Of a DNA stretch of 64,000 bases, positions 43,578 to 55,500 are shown one piece after another. The DNA is from a phage: sequence record PZ583742.1; one strand, 5' to 3'. Under the pieces are notes generated by a model. The model saw only the letters and a program-made list of their open reading frames with translations. It did no database searches and was not told the origin of the DNA. Each line of letters starts with the position of its first letter. The first letter of the stretch is position 1. The translations under genes were made by a program, and so were the position numbers.

Positions 43578-44186
43578 GTGAACAAGTTAAATTATATCGT
43601 TAAATGCTCCCAGAACGCTCTACATGAGACTGATGTTAATGCTCTGGTGTTTGTATACAAAAACAACTTTGTGAGTCCAGAAGTTGTTTTAGACCAGCAG
43701 AACACATCAATTGATAGTGTACAGACATTGTTGAATAACAACTATGTTGAAGCTTCCGGTGATGGTTTGATGGTTACAGAAAAAGGTGTTGACCTTATTC
43801 TGGATGCAGCAGAATTGTGGGCGAATGAAAATAATCCCGACCTTCTGGAAGTGAAGAAGACAAGAACAAAACGCGGTGTGACTGATGAAATGGAAGCGAC
43901 TGCAGAATATATCAAAGAGCAATTATTGTCTATTGGTATTGACTTTAAGAGCATTTCAGAAGACCGCAGCAATCTGATTGTGAAGTTCAAGCGTATCAAG
44001 ACATTAAAACAGATTGATGTACGTCGTGATGGTCAGATTCGTGTGCATGCGTATAATACTGAACAAAAGATAGTAAAACAGTTTACAGACGTGGGATTTA
44101 GCGTTAAAGTAGGTGGATTGAATACCTACATTGACAATCATATGTCAACTGAAAACATTCAACATGTTATTAACATCTTAAAGTGA
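43578..44186 (+). CDS. motA: middle-transcription activator MotA
   Basis: ASGDGLMVTEKG and C-terminal VKQFTDVGFSVKV...TENIQHVINIL match T4 MotA; GTG start. Confidence 0.8.
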   Translation: MNKLNYIVKCSQNALHETDVNALVFVYKNNFVSPEVVLDQQNTSIDSVQTLLNNNYVEASGDGLMVTEKGVDLILDAAELWANENNPDLLEVKKTRTKRGVTDEMEATAEYIKEQLLSIGIDFKSISEDRSNLIVKFKRIKTLKQIDVRRDGQIRVHAYNTEQKIVKQFTDVGFSVKVGGLNTYIDNHMSTENIQHVINILK

Positions 44187-44193
44187 GGAAATT

Positions 44194-44526
44194 ATGAATA
44201 AGCTGAATATTGTTAATGAATTGCGTGCTTGTGCGGAACCTACTCAAGAGGGTTGGGATGTTTGGTATCATGGCGCTTACCTTGGAACTATTGTCAAGGT
44301 CAAAGCTGGTCAGTATCTTATTCATCGTCAGGATGATGCGACAGCACCGTTTGGCGTCCGCAAGAACTTCATGGCAGCGATTGGTGCTTTTGTTCCAGCA
44401 GCATATGAAGTATATAAAGCTGACTATAAAGAATACCAGGAATCACAACCAGTTATTCGCTCAATTGGTGTTAATAAAGCTCAACAGAAAAGTCTGTGGC
44501 AACGTGTTAAAGGTTGGTTCAAATGA
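44194..44526 (+). CDS. hypothetical protein (110 aa)
   Basis: GAGGAAATT SD then ATG. Confidence 0.4.
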   Translation: MNKLNIVNELRACAEPTQEGWDVWYHGAYLGTIVKVKAGQYLIHRQDDATAPFGVRKNFMAAIGAFVPAAYEVYKADYKEYQESQPVIRSIGVNKAQQKSLWQRVKGWFK

Positions 44527-45011
44527 ATCCATTAAAAGGTAAAGAATTATCCTTTAAAGACCGTATGGCTTTATTAGATAAAGCTCTTTCTCGTGAAACT
44601 CCAGAAAGTCTAGCAGCTAAATTACAGGCCTATGGTGACTACACCGAATATACGGAAGAGGATGTTTTAGAAGAAGTTCCTGAAATCTGTTGGCAGATTG
44701 CTCATTGGAACAATAATGAAAAATATCAGCGACGGATTGTATGTGCAGCCAACCGCTTTAAGTTAAAAGATGGTGGGACTCTGGTTATTCCTGGTGCCAG
44801 ACATTATTCCAAGGATATGGCAGAAGTGCTTGACCAGGTAAGTGATAAACTTGTGTCGGACCATGTTTGTGGTGACGACCAAGGATTCATTGACCAATAC
44901 AGCAATTACTGGACCCGCGAAGAAGCAATGATTATTGCGACTTATGCAAATCAGGTGCGTATTGAACGTGGCGGTAGCGAAAAAGAACTTTATTCAGAGG
45001 ACCTTTACTAA
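44523..45011 (+). CDS. hypothetical protein (162 aa)
   Basis: ATGA overlap; contains [15 protein letters not shown] and HVCGDDQGF. Confidence 0.4.
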   Translation: MNPLKGKELSFKDRMALLDKALSRETPESLAAKLQAYGDYTEYTEEDVLEEVPEICWQIAHWNNNEKYQRRIVCAANRFKLKDGGTLVIPGARHYSKDMAEVLDQVSDKLVSDHVCGDDQGFIDQYSNYWTREEAMIIATYANQVRIERGGSEKELYSEDLY

Positions 45012-45292
45012 TGAACCTTAAACAACTCCAGATTGATGCAATCGAAACCCATATCAATCATATCAAACGTCTGAACACTATGATGGAAGACAACTGGGGA
45101 ACTTATGTTAACCAACCTGCATGGATAGCCTTAGACCATGAATATATAAAGGATATTAGTTCTAAGACATTTCATGAAAGCATGGTAGGATTGAAGCCTT
45201 TCCTGCGTGATATGTATATAGCAACCAATAAAGAAATTATTAGTTCTCTTGAATATCAATTAAGGAAATTGCATGAACAATCTGGTAGCTAA
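45011..45292 (+). CDS. hypothetical protein (93 aa)
   Basis: Position and size recall T4 arn, but the sequence is not obviously acidic. Confidence 0.35.
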   Translation: MNLKQLQIDAIETHINHIKRLNTMMEDNWGTYVNQPAWIALDHEYIKDISSKTFHESMVGLKPFLRDMYIATNKEIISSLEYQLRKLHEQSGS

Positions 45293-45381
45293 GCACGATT
45301 TCAATAAGGCGTCTGTCCATAAGGACAAGAAGAAAACCAAAATGCAGTCCAAACGTAAGCAGAAGCACAAAGGGAATCATT

Positions 45382-45546
45382 ATGAGTCATAACTTAGAGA
45401 ACACCATCACCGGTCAACGTACACGCGAGCTGGCTTGCTTTGAGGAATTCCTTGGAGCTGATTTTAAGTTCCAGGAACCAGTTGAACAGATGTATCAGGA
45501 ATATGTTGTACACATGGAAAATCATGTGTACAACCCAGAGGAATAA
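45382..45546 (+). CDS. hypothetical small protein (54 aa)
   Basis: AAGGG SD then ATG; 3' end overlaps the asiA promoter. Confidence 0.3.
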   Translation: MSHNLENTITGQRTRELACFEEFLGADFKFQEPVEQMYQEYVVHMENHVYNPEE

Positions 45547-45555
45547 TAGTATAAT
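45527..45555 (+). promoter_or_regulatory. early sigma70 promoter for asiA
   Basis: TGTACA, 17-nt spacer, TATAAT. Confidence 0.55.
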
Positions 45556-45604
45556 ACCCTTACTGAATAATTGAATGTCTTATTGAATACTTGAGTAAAT
45601 TAAA

Positions 45605-45880
45605 ATGACTAAATTTGAAATCGTTTCTGAAATTGTTACTATAACTTCAATTTTGATTAAAACCGACCGGGAAGATATTACGATGAAGCGTGATGTGTTT
45701 ATCGCGTTTTTGAATGAGTTGGGATTGAGAAATGAGAATGGGAATGAGTTAAACAATGTATCGTTTAACAAGTTGTTTAAAAGTTTATCTGAAGATGAAA
45801 TTGAACAAATCATTGAACAATTTAACGAAGGATTCGAAGATATACACCGTTATCTTATGATGTATACCTCCGGATTCTAA
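45605..45880 (+). CDS. asiA: anti-sigma70 factor AsiA
   Basis: SEIVTITSILIKTDREDI...FIAFLNELG...FNEGFEDIHRYLMMYT matches T4 AsiA. Confidence 0.85.
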   Translation: MTKFEIVSEIVTITSILIKTDREDITMKRDVFIAFLNELGLRNENGNELNNVSFNKLFKSLSEDEIEQIIEQFNEGFEDIHRYLMMYTSGF

Positions 45881-46530
45881 CGTGTACGCCCAAGCGTACG
45901 ACCTGCTTGTCCACACATAGCAGAAAGCCTATCAAAACCAAGGTTAGGTTTTTGCTTATACCAGTACAGTGAGACTGTACCTGCATAAACGTTTTCCAAA
46001 TTAAAGAATGGGCAGCTGAACATATATGAGAAGCTGCTTTTTTTCTTTGTTGGTAAGAATACAGATTCCGTACTGGATTCAAAATAATTACCATTAACCC
46101 CCGCCAAATATTCCGCCGAAGTTTTATCTATTGGAAACCCACCTAAATTTTTTTCGTCGACTGTATCAGGCAATATCCCCTCGTATCCCACCATATCCAC
46201 AAAGTAGTTAAGGTTAGTTGGTCTAAAAGAATATATTGCTGTAAAGTCTGCCCCACTTGACGAGTGGACTATCTGGATTTGCTCGATAGCTGCAATTTTA
46301 AATCTGTTGTCCTGGTCTTGCCTTATCATTTCTGTGTATGAGGCATATGAAGCATCCCTGTACGCATCTAAAAGTGCATCACCTTTATACCAGATTACCG
46401 CCATTAAAAATAATAGAACAATAACTAGTACCCGGGAAAAAACAACTTTCCCGGTCGCATTATCTTTAAAAATTCTATCAAGAAGTCCAAAAAGTAGGTC
46501 GGGTATTGATATTCCTACTTTTGGTTCCAT
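45877..46530 (-). CDS. t: holin T
   Basis: LLDRIFKDNATGKV and FSCPFFNLENVYAGT match T4 holin; 217 aa. Confidence 0.9.
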   Translation of the reverse strand: MEPKVGISIPDLLFGLLDRIFKDNATGKVVFSRVLVIVLLFLMAVIWYKGDALLDAYRDASYASYTEMIRQDQDNRFKIAAIEQIQIVHSSSGADFTAIYSFRPTNLNYFVDMVGYEGILPDTVDEKNLGGFPIDKTSAEYLAGVNGNYFESSTESVFLPTKKKSSFSYMFSCPFFNLENVYAGTVSLYWYKQKPNLGFDRLSAMCGQAGRTLGRTR

Positions 46531-46548
46531 ACTTTTCTCCTTTAAAGA

Positions 46549-46556
46549 TATTTATA
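46549..46556 (-). promoter_or_regulatory. late promoter TATAAATA for t
   Basis: Plus strand reads TATTTATA; about 20 nt upstream of GGAG SD. Confidence 0.5.
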
Positions 46557-46567
46557 GCGCTTATGTA

Positions 46568-47350
46568 CTATAGCCAGGAGCCGTAGATAGTGCCTGTAGC
46601 GCCCCATGAAGGAGAACTTCCGAATACAGCTCGTCCAGCTCCGCCTTGTGAGCCGTATGTAACGCGTCGTCCGTAAGCGCCGCCACCAGCCCCACCCGCG
46701 TCGCCGCCATTACCACCACCCCACTGTCCACCAAAGCTACCACCGCCACCTGGTCCGGTATAACTAGCGTTGCCGCCTGGGTTTACGGCGCCATTAGTAC
46801 CACCTAATCCATATGGTCTACCGCCACCGCCACCAGCTGTACCCGCCACAAGCCAAGAGTTATTTGAAGCACATCCGGCACCGCCGCCGCCCCCTGAAGC
46901 TATAACGCCATAGTTCCAGATACGGAGTCTGCCACCAATGTCGTTTTGAATTACATCACCACCATTTGTACCCGCTACCCAAACACGGGTCCCACCGTTA
47001 CCACCACGGCCCCACATATGGACCCCGCCGTGAATATTCAAAGTAACGTATTCATTAGGGGTATCGCCATACATAAAGAACAACGGAACATCTTTAGTAT
47101 AAGATACTAAATCACCTGTGATATTAAACACAATAGGGGCAGCACCGGCTTCAAAACAACGGTCTCTAAACCATTGCCCGTTAAAGTTATGGTCGGCTCC
47201 AAGTGTGTGAATTATTTCAACAGACCGACCTACCATATTACTCATCCAAAACGGAATACCCATTCTCAATCGTTGGGCAGCGCCGCCCATCCAAGGGTCC
47301 CCAGTTTGTACCCTCGCAGACCACCCTACCCACGGTCCTACTACTGCCAT
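46568..47350 (-). CDS. 38: gp38 receptor-binding adhesin (T2-type, glycine-rich motifs)
   Basis: C-terminal half has poly-Gly blocks separated by short variable segments; GGAGG SD before ATG at 47350. Confidence 0.8.
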   Translation of the reverse strand: MAVVGPWVGWSARVQTGDPWMGGAAQRLRMGIPFWMSNMVGRSVEIIHTLGADHNFNGQWFRDRCFEAGAAPIVFNITGDLVSYTKDVPLFFMYGDTPNEYVTLNIHGGVHMWGRGGNGGTRVWVAGTNGGDVIQNDIGGRLRIWNYGVIASGGGGGAGCASNNSWLVAGTAGGGGGRPYGLGGTNGAVNPGGNASYTGPGGGGSFGGQWGGGNGGDAGGAGGGAYGRRVTYGSQGGAGRAVFGSSPSWGATGTIYGSWL

Positions 47351-47361
47351 ATAAACCTCCA

Positions 47362-47377
47362 AGGGGCCGAAGCCCCT
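47362..47377 (-). other. UUCG-tetraloop hairpin between genes 37 and 38
   Basis: Minus-strand RNA AGGGGC-UUCG-GCCCCU just upstream of gene 38 SD. Confidence 0.5.
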
Positions 47378-47381
47378 CTTA

Positions 47382-50300
47382 TTATTTTAACAATGATTTA
47401 ATTAATGCTTTAAGTTCTTCAATCTCTGACTTAAGTTCTGCAATTTCTGCAGTATGCTCATTGATTGCAGCTGTATTTAAACCAATTACACCGTTATAGT
47501 TTAAACGAAGTAAAGCTTCACCATCAGGGTCGCCTTCAACCAATTCAGGTAAAATAGATTGAACTTCTTGAGCAATTAAACCAGCGTTAGGTTCCCATTT
47601 CTGATTACCTTCTTCATCCAGGCCACGTTTCTGCATATAAGTGTAACCGTTAATTTTAGAAAGCTTCTGAGAAGCATTTTCAAATTTAACAAGGTCTTTT
47701 TTAACACGAATATCAGAACGGACATAAACATCTCGAACATATGTAGAATAGCTGTCGTTTGCCTGAACAAGATGACCATAAGACATAATAGCTCTTCCTT
47801 GCTCAGTCCACAAAGCACCATTGGTATCCCAAAGACCTTCATGGATATGATAAGCGCTAGACCAAGATGCAATATGCATACCATTGGCAACCATATTGAT
47901 TCGGCCGTCACCACCATGAACTAATCCTGTATCATTATCACCAATAACAAGACACGGGCCGGTCCATACAGGGTCACCACCACCAGCTGATAATCTTGCT
48001 CCAGTTTTAACCATGTTAGGAACATACAGAACTCCATTGTGGTGGAATTCATAGATAGCTTGTGGGTCAGAACCGTTTTCCTGGTTACCTACACGAATAA
48101 TACCTTGCGCCCAGTTATTAGTGATACGACGCATACCGAAATCTACACCTGATATGAATCCTTCGTTAGTAATACCAGATTTTCCTTTGATAATCGGATA
48201 ATAACTATCATTACCAACATTACCAAAATCAACAAATACCGGTGCTTCTTGCTTCCATTGGTTTCCCCAATCGCCGGCCTGGTGGGATGCCCAGACAGAG
48301 CCATTAATAAAAAGACGGTCCCTATTAAAATTAAAAGTGGCTGAACCTTGTGGGTTTAAAGCAATATCGCCGTCTGCATTAATATTTACGCCTGAATTAG
48401 TTTGAAAACTATAAATTGATACAGCATTATCGGCACCGCCGTTACCTACATACCAGTTATCAATACCAGCTTTTTGTCCTTTCATATAACCAGATTCGGT
48501 TGCAGCACTGTTAATAACAATAGCATCCGAGTTTGCATTAAGAGTTAAACGCCCGGTCATTGTGTCACCACTTTTACCGACACGAGTATTCACTGCTGCA
48601 TCAAGGTTAGTAGCACCGCTATACTTTTTCCAAATAGAACCTGCAATATTACCATCGGTATTCATATAAGCTGTACCGGCATATAAGCGGTTCTGAGCCA
48701 TGAAGTTACCTTCTTTGGTAAAGCGCCAATATTTTAATCCTGTAGCATCACCATCACCAAGCAAATCGCCTTGAGCAACAATTCGGTATTCGCTTGTAGC
48801 GCGGTCCATACCTTGAGTAATAGTTACATTAGAAACTGTATTTTTCTGCTTGGTAATTGGATAGAATGCTTGGGTTGCTGCACCAAGTGTTTGATACAAC
48901 GGAGCTTTAGTCGTATTCTGGTTGGCATAAGATGCACCATTACCAGCAGGGAATTCTAATACGCTGTTAGCAATAAAAGAAACTTGGTCAGCCGCTAAAT
49001 TAGGGATTTTAACTTGACCAGTGTCTAACGTAATACTTAATGGGCGTAATGGGCCTAATCCGCCACTTTCGCCGGCATTAACATTGGTCGGGATAATATG
49101 CAGCTGGTCTTCCGAATTTCGAAAAATAACACCGTACTTATCGTTCCAAATACGAAGACCACTAGCAGCGCGAACTTTAATTTCATTGGAAACATACAGA
49201 TTGCGTTTTAAGGATGTATCTTGATTGACAGTCAATCCTTCAATTACATTCATGGTACCATTTAAATAGGATTCGACTTTACCTGCTGTAGTTCGTTGAA
49301 TATAATGCATCCAGCCGGTAGCATCAGATGTTTCCATTACGTTTTTACGAGAACCATCTACCGTATTAAAAGTGTCACCCCAAACTTTGAGCTCTATATT
49401 ATCAACTGAACTACTTCCTGTTGTATTTCCTTTAAAAAGCACTGTCGAAGCATTACTGAGACCATCAATATTAACCGAACCACCACGGACTTCAACGTTA
49501 CCAGGAGTAACCAACAACCCACCATCGGTGTTAACGTTTGTTACACCTTTGCCACGAAAATAATGGTGATATTTGCCACTTTGGTGATATCCTAAAAGAG
49601 TTTGACCGTCACCGAAGCCGTTTTTATCATTAGTAGTATTAACAATAACTAATGGATAGTTTTGGGTTGTAGGGAGAATTAAATCAGAACCGTTGGTTGA
49701 ATAACCCGCAACTAACTGTTTAAGGCTTGTAACTTCAGTCGGAGTTGTAAGTAAAGTATAAGCTCCATTATTAACTATATGGAACTGGCCGTCTTGTCTC
49801 CATTTCAAACCTGTGTTATTGTCGCCAAGTGCGATAGCAGACGGACCTAATGTTGAGTATCCTGAGCTATCCCCAGGTAGGCCAACGGAAAGAGAATTTG
49901 ATGTTTTGACATCTCCATCTGCATTAAATGACCAAAGATACTTAGCTGTTCCGGCTGTAGAAATAGAATGCCATGAAATACCATTTACATTATTAAGTTC
50001 ACGATACCTAATTCCATCGACAGCGTGTCTACTTATTCTAAGATAGTTAATAGCTGTTGCACTTGAACTTGCAGGATTATTATTTGCCAATGAAGATATA
50101 TCATAATCAAGAGCTGATTTATTACCGGTATCAACGGTATTAGTATAAATTACCGGAGATTTTATTGATGTTCCACCGGAAATAGATGGAGCATAAAATA
50201 AACCGTCGCCGTTGAATGCAAAAATATTAGATGTTGAATTAGTATAATCCTGGACACGAACGTTCAAGATTTGCTTGGTATCCCCAGTACGGTTTTGAGA

Positions 50301-50711
50301 ATAAATTATACCTCTTTCGCGAGCATCAGCCAAATCCTGGAATCGAACATGAGTGGTTCCTGTACCTCGTACAAGAACTTCACCGTTATCTGTCATTAAA
50401 CGGGCTTTTGCAGTAATATCACCATTTGCTGTTATATTACCAGTAGTAGTAAAATGTCCAGACGTTTGTGAAATATCTCCGGCTATAGTATAGGCGCCGG
50501 TTTGATTGTAATTTCCTTTATGAATAACGTTACCGTCAATATTACCACCTTTAGCAAAGCCAAGGTCGATGATGGCGCCGGTGTCATCTTTAGTAAAAAG
50601 TAAGCGGTCTTTCAGGTTGATAGCCAGTTCACCTTCAGCAAGAACTGTTGGCGCCGGACGAACGCCGGCAACCTTACTTCTTTTAAATTGTATTTGTTTT
50701 AAAGTAGCCAT
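47382..50711 (-). CDS. 37: long tail fibre distal subunit gp37 with C-terminal autoproteolytic chaperone domain
   Basis: N-terminus [13 protein letters not shown] as T4 gp37; C-terminal SDIRVKKDL...[15 protein letters not shown] plus coiled coil. Confidence 0.9.
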   Translation of the reverse strand: MATLKQIQFKRSKVAGVRPAPTVLAEGELAINLKDRLLFTKDDTGAIIDLGFAKGGNIDGNVIHKGNYNQTGAYTIAGDISQTSGHFTTTGNITANGDITAKARLMTDNGEVLVRGTGTTHVRFQDLADARERGIIYSQNRTGDTKQILNVRVQDYTNSTSNIFAFNGDGLFYAPSISGGTSIKSPVIYTNTVDTGNKSALDYDISSLANNNPASSSATAINYLRISRHAVDGIRYRELNNVNGISWHSISTAGTAKYLWSFNADGDVKTSNSLSVGLPGDSSGYSTLGPSAIALGDNNTGLKWRQDGQFHIVNNGAYTLLTTPTEVTSLKQLVAGYSTNGSDLILPTTQNYPLVIVNTTNDKNGFGDGQTLLGYHQSGKYHHYFRGKGVTNVNTDGGLLVTPGNVEVRGGSVNIDGLSNASTVLFKGNTTGSSSVDNIELKVWGDTFNTVDGSRKNVMETSDATGWMHYIQRTTAGKVESYLNGTMNVIEGLTVNQDTSLKRNLYVSNEIKVRAASGLRIWNDKYGVIFRNSEDQLHIIPTNVNAGESGGLGPLRPLSITLDTGQVKIPNLAADQVSFIANSVLEFPAGNGASYANQNTTKAPLYQTLGAATQAFYPITKQKNTVSNVTITQGMDRATSEYRIVAQGDLLGDGDATGLKYWRFTKEGNFMAQNRLYAGTAYMNTDGNIAGSIWKKYSGATNLDAAVNTRVGKSGDTMTGRLTLNANSDAIVINSAATESGYMKGQKAGIDNWYVGNGGADNAVSIYSFQTNSGVNINADGDIALNPQGSATFNFNRDRLFINGSVWASHQAGDWGNQWKQEAPVFVDFGNVGNDSYYPIIKGKSGITNEGFISGVDFGMRRITNNWAQGIIRVGNQENGSDPQAIYEFHHNGVLYVPNMVKTGARLSAGGGDPVWTGPCLVIGDNDTGLVHGGDGRINMVANGMHIASWSSAYHIHEGLWDTNGALWTEQGRAIMSYGHLVQANDSYSTYVRDVYVRSDIRVKKDLVKFENASQKLSKINGYTYMQKRGLDEEGNQKWEPNAGLIAQEVQSILPELVEGDPDGEALLRLNYNGVIGLNTAAINEHTAEIAELKSEIEELKALIKSLLK

Positions 50712-50719
50712 AATGCCTC

Positions 50720-51367
50720 TTAATAATATCCAAAATCTTGTACGGAGTCTTTAAGAACGATTTGGTCAAAACGGGGCACGTGAGCCGGGTCTGATGCTGG
50801 GTTCCTAGAGAAGAAATTAGGTGCTGACAAGTTACCTGTCATTGTTTGCAATGTACTATTATTTAGTTCCACCTGTTGCTGGTTAGTTACATTACCAAGA
50901 CCAACTTGAGCTTTTGACGGAGTATTCCCTGGAGAAAATACACGCCCTGTTTCATCATAAATCTGTCGAGCTAACGTATCACCCATAACAATAAGACGTT
51001 TTACTCCCGTCGTAGTGTCAGGGTCAAAAATAACGAATGGTGTTCCCGTTTCAGTCTCAAATCCAAACGGCCCTTTAATACGGAAAGATGCAGTAAATGG
51101 TGCACCACCTGTTCTCGCTCCCAACTTAATCCCGTAACCATTTGAATCGTTAAATGTCAGGCCTTGTTCGAAATATACGTTTGCTTTATAATTACCACCA
51201 AGAGCTTTAGAAACGAAATCGTTATCGACTGCTTGTGGCTTGTTATATTCGGAATAAATTTTATAAGTTTTGAAATATAAGTCATTACTGACTGGTGTTA
51301 ATGGGAAATTACCCTGGTGCCAGAGGACCGAACCTCCGGCTGTTGAGCCTAGTTTTAAATCTGCCAT
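50720..51367 (-). CDS. 36: long tail fibre distal connector gp36
   Basis: 215 aa; position between 35 and 37. Confidence 0.85.
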   Translation of the reverse strand: MADLKLGSTAGGSVLWHQGNFPLTPVSNDLYFKTYKIYSEYNKPQAVDNDFVSKALGGNYKANVYFEQGLTFNDSNGYGIKLGARTGGAPFTASFRIKGPFGFETETGTPFVIFDPDTTTGVKRLIVMGDTLARQIYDETGRVFSPGNTPSKAQVGLGNVTNQQQVELNNSTLQTMTGNLSAPNFFSRNPASDPAHVPRFDQIVLKDSVQDFGYY

Positions 51368-51402
51368 TTATAAGTCCTCTTCAACCGGCATATGATATTT
51401 TG

Positions 51403-51410
51403 TATTTATA
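51403..51410 (-). promoter_or_regulatory. late promoter TATAAATA for gene 36
   Basis: Plus strand reads TATTTATA, about 36 nt upstream of the gene 36 start. Confidence 0.5.
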
Positions 51411-51418
51411 ACGAAAAA

Positions 51419-51436
51419 AGGACTCCGAAGAGTCCT
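51419..51436 (-). terminator. intrinsic terminator after gene 35
   Basis: AGGACTC-loop-GAGTCCT with T run downstream on the minus strand; overlaps gene 35 stop. Confidence 0.5.
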
Positions 51437-52565
51437 ATTGTTTTTCTCGTAGTTCGGCTGCGTATATCTTGCCGGCTCTCGGAGCTTGTGCATCTGGTAA
51501 TGTTACAATTGTATTGCCTGTATTTGTTGCATCGTTTGCATATGACATCCTTATGCCGTTGACACCAAATTCAGCTGGTTTGAATGCCGAGTCACCTCTG
51601 GTTATCTCACCAATAACAATATTACGTATTGACCCAGTTCCCACAGCTACAGTCCTTGATGTTACTACTGTAAAGCCATCGGCTCCCGCTGGAATCTCAA
51701 CATATCTTTCGAAACTTACCCATGCACCAGCTGGAACGTTTGCTGCAATATCGATGTTTGTATTTGATATCGGAGAAGTGCTAGGACTTTTAAAGAATCG
51801 AACCGAAGTCCTTACAGTCCCGGCGGCTTTCAGTTCAGCGTCAAATGACATCTGAAACTTCAGGTAAAGCACATCCAAAGGTAAAAGGTTATATGTGCTC
51901 ATAGGAGTCACCAGGTCCTCTGTGGGGAACCTTCTAATTGAGGTTGATGTTCCATCACCTGTTGATGAATACGTGCTCTCGTCTTCCGTTATGCGCACAG
52001 GATAGCCTGTTGCTCCTATATCACTAAAGGTATCATAAACGACTTCAAGCGGAGTCGAAACATCCTCAACTAACTTCCCGTCATTATACTTAACATGCTC
52101 CGAAACAATTACGTTCCGGCCGGTTATGTAAAAAGCCGAGTACGATGTATCAACTTTATCAATCAGCCATTTCTCGGGGAATGCTCTTGAGCCACATTTA
52201 CGAAGCCAGTCAATTAATGTTTGCGAGGCATTTAGTTTCCCAGAAGAAATAAAAGCAATCAATCTTCCAGCTGGAACAGATTCCACAAAGGTGATTAATG
52301 CCTGACTGATTACATCATGTGTGCTGGTCAATGAATAGTTTTTCGTGTTAACAATTTTATTCGTAGTTGTATCAATTTCTAATAGAGTCAAACCATTGCC
52401 AAAAGTAGTTGGTCCGATTTGTTCATCCTGAAATTTGATATACGATTTCACCGTGGAAAGAGTACAGCTCCCTGCTATACTCATTTTAAATTTAACGGCA
52501 TTATTTTCTGATATAACTGGCGTTTGGACGTATCCTTGTCCAAACTCTGCCATAAATTTTTCCAT
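51435..52565 (-). CDS. 35: long tail fibre proximal connector (hinge) gp35
   Basis: 376 aa; position between 34 and 36. Confidence 0.85.
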   Translation of the reverse strand: MEKFMAEFGQGYVQTPVISENNAVKFKMSIAGSCTLSTVKSYIKFQDEQIGPTTFGNGLTLLEIDTTTNKIVNTKNYSLTSTHDVISQALITFVESVPAGRLIAFISSGKLNASQTLIDWLRKCGSRAFPEKWLIDKVDTSYSAFYITGRNVIVSEHVKYNDGKLVEDVSTPLEVVYDTFSDIGATGYPVRITEDESTYSSTGDGTSTSIRRFPTEDLVTPMSTYNLLPLDVLYLKFQMSFDAELKAAGTVRTSVRFFKSPSTSPISNTNIDIAANVPAGAWVSFERYVEIPAGADGFTVVTSRTVAVGTGSIRNIVIGEITRGDSAFKPAEFGVNGIRMSYANDATNTGNTIVTLPDAQAPRAGKIYAAELREKQ

Positions 52566-52573
52566 ATTACCTC

Positions 52574-55500
52574 TTATTCAACCCATTCAAACTTAACGGA
52601 TTTAGTGGTCGGGTCTGGGATGATGCGCACGTTACCGATACGCAACCAATCGAGAATGGTTAAGTTCCCCATTGTTGTGTTGTCGGCCGGTAATGCACCA
52701 ACATCCTCTGCAGACGGAGGGTTATCCGCGGTGTAAACCATTGCAAAAGTCGTCCATGCAGATTTATTTTTCTGCCATGTACGAGTATAACGAATAGTAC
52801 CACCGTTCAATCCAGTTGGATAACACACCCAATCCTGATAACATGAATCCAATGTATTACCAAACTGAGTTAACGTACCAGGGTATTTAACTTCCTTATC
52901 ACGAACCGAATAGTCAAACCAGGTTCCGCGCAGTTTTTGGCCAGAGCTACCTAATACTTCATCACCGAGTGTACCATCGTCATTACGATAACGAATAACA
53001 GGCGAGGCGAAAGTTCCATTTTCAGTTAACCAACCAGAAGCATTCCAAACTTCATCAGTTACCCCAGCAGGTTTAGTTTGAACTGTATCAATGTTTACCT
53101 GACGTTTTAACTTCATTGTCCAATAACCAGGGAACTGACTATAAGTCGGTTCATCATTGATATCGACAGACCAGAAGCCAACAGTATCTGCAGTCGGAGC
53201 TTGTGCGATAAGACTTGGTTTCGTACCGAATACACGGACCGGAGCATTCACATGGAGCACACCAGACATTGTATCACCGCCTTGGTTAACAAAGTTTCTA
53301 TCTACAATCTCAACAGCGTTTTTCTCGGTCAGGACTTTAAATGCACCGCCACCATTTGCTATGATATTACCAGCATCAAGAGTTTTAAGCACTAAATTCT
53401 GCGAGTTATCACCCAGAGCCAGAGTTGCACCAGAAGCTTCACCCGTTGTGGTTGCGATAGTACGACCATTTAGAACGTAATTATTTTTGGCTTGAACATC
53501 ATTTCCGGCGCTAAGGTTGTTCAGTACAGCAGCATTACCCGAGGCGGTGTTTAATGTCAATACGTTAGTCGTATCGCCAATAGTCATTGTCGTTCCGGTG
53601 GAAGGAGCGGTGATTTTCCACTTGTTAGTTCCGTTAACAACGTTCACAGTTCCGAACGTCGAAGTGCCAGCCGTTACATCAGTAAACACTGCAGTGCTCG
53701 TCGATACAACCGGAGCAGATATATTTGTCTGTTTGGTAAGAGTTAACACACCTTCAACAGTCTGAGCAATATCACGACGAATAAACTGGGTCGAATCAAG
53801 GTTATCCAGTTTTTCAGCATTAACAGCCATCGCATTTATCGGTAGGAAGTTTTGCAATACGCGGTTTAATTCGTAAGGTGAAACTGCATATCCAGATTTT
53901 GCGTAGCTAACCAGTTTACTTGGGTCCGGAGTATACACGCCATTTGCATATGTAAATCCTGCACCAGTCGTTGTAGTTGCGGCCGAAGTAGCTGTACCAG
54001 AAGATAAACGAACAAATCCACGTAGGGTTTCAGATGCTTCCCAGGTTGTTTCCGTTTGTGCAATATATTTCAGCGCTGACGGACTGATGGCCAAGACTTT
54101 TGATGTACCTGCTGTTGCTTCTGCGTTTGTCGCGATGCGAACAATACCTTCGGCATTTTCAGTGGCTTTTTTCGACATCAATTTAAGCGGGGTAACGATT
54201 GTTTTATCGTCAGTGCCGGTATTGACTTCACCCTGAGTTGCTAATCTTGCCGTACCACGCTGAGTCTCATTTGCTTCAAGAATATTCAGGCTATAATGGT
54301 CCCAGAGCGTCCCTGTTTCTACTAAACCACTTAATGCATTAACAGAAGTACGAGCAGTATTATTAAATCTATTTTTAATTTTTAATGGAGTTGAGATACG
54401 AGTATCATCAGTTCCAGTATCAAATTCTGATTGCGTAGCAATCTCGGCTATGCCGGTTAACGTTTCTGATGCTTTACGGTCATTTAACGTTTTAGGAGTC
54501 ACAGCTCTGGTATAATCGGTTCCTGCATCTGTTTCCACTTGAGTTGCAATCTCGATTAAACCGATACGGGAATCAAGAGCAGTTTTGCGATGTAACATTT
54601 CTGGAGTAACGACTGCGTTTGCCCATCCAGATTGAGAAGTACCAGCAATTACTTCACTTTCAACCGCAAGAATAACCGCACCTTGTTGGGTGTAAGTAGC
54701 TTTGTACTGGTCAAGAGCTTTCGGAGAAACAACCAGATTAACCGTATTTTTATTATAAACGTTTGTACCATTTAATTCACGCGAAGCAGCAGGAGTTGCA
54801 CCGGTTGTTGAAACGTAAGTTACAATACCAGATAGCGATTCTGAGCCCTGGCGCGCTTGTAGTTTCTTCGGAGTGATAATTGTGGTATCATCTACACCTG
54901 CATCGGTTTCTTGCTGTGTGGCGAGTTCTGCGAGCCCACGTCTCGTTTCTGTTGCCGTACGTTCATTGAGTTTTTTCGGAGAAATAATTACATCATCAAC
55001 AAATGCAAAATCGCTGTTCTGATTTACTTGAGCAGTCGTTGCGATTCTGGCAATACCTCGTTGGTTCTCTTTAGCAACACGGTTGGCCAAAGTCTGAGGG
55101 GTAATTGCAAGTTCTTTCTCTGGGTTATTTTCATGGTCAACGTTTGCCTGAGTCTGGTTTGCCAGAGCAATAACACCAAGACGTGCGCGCGTGGAATCAT
55201 TTAATGAGTCAACTCGTTCGACAGTCGGGACGTTCTGAGCGACAACCCAATAACTTGTTCCAGACACTGTATCTTCTGCATATGATAATTCAATAACCGG
55301 AGTATAACTGATGTTGCCATTAAAGGTCAATGAATCAACCAACACCCAAGTTGTATCTGGTGGATACTCGGAACGTTTAGGGAATTGCAGCAATTTAATG
55401 TCAGATGCAATCTTATCGCCAACAGCAGCTCTTATATTAACAGTCTGCGATTTACGGAGATAGTTCAATGCAATTTTAACAATGTCACCTTGTAAAACAT

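Noticed and set aside
45273-45392. Lys-rich 39-aa overlapping ORF between 45011-45292 and 45382-45546
   Set aside because: Has an AAGGA SD but overlaps both neighbours out of frame; too short and too overlapped to call without expression data.
46571-46915. GC-rich simple-sequence tract (CCGCCACC-like) read as a non-coding repeat
   Set aside because: It is the minus-strand coding sequence for the glycine-rich motifs of gp38.
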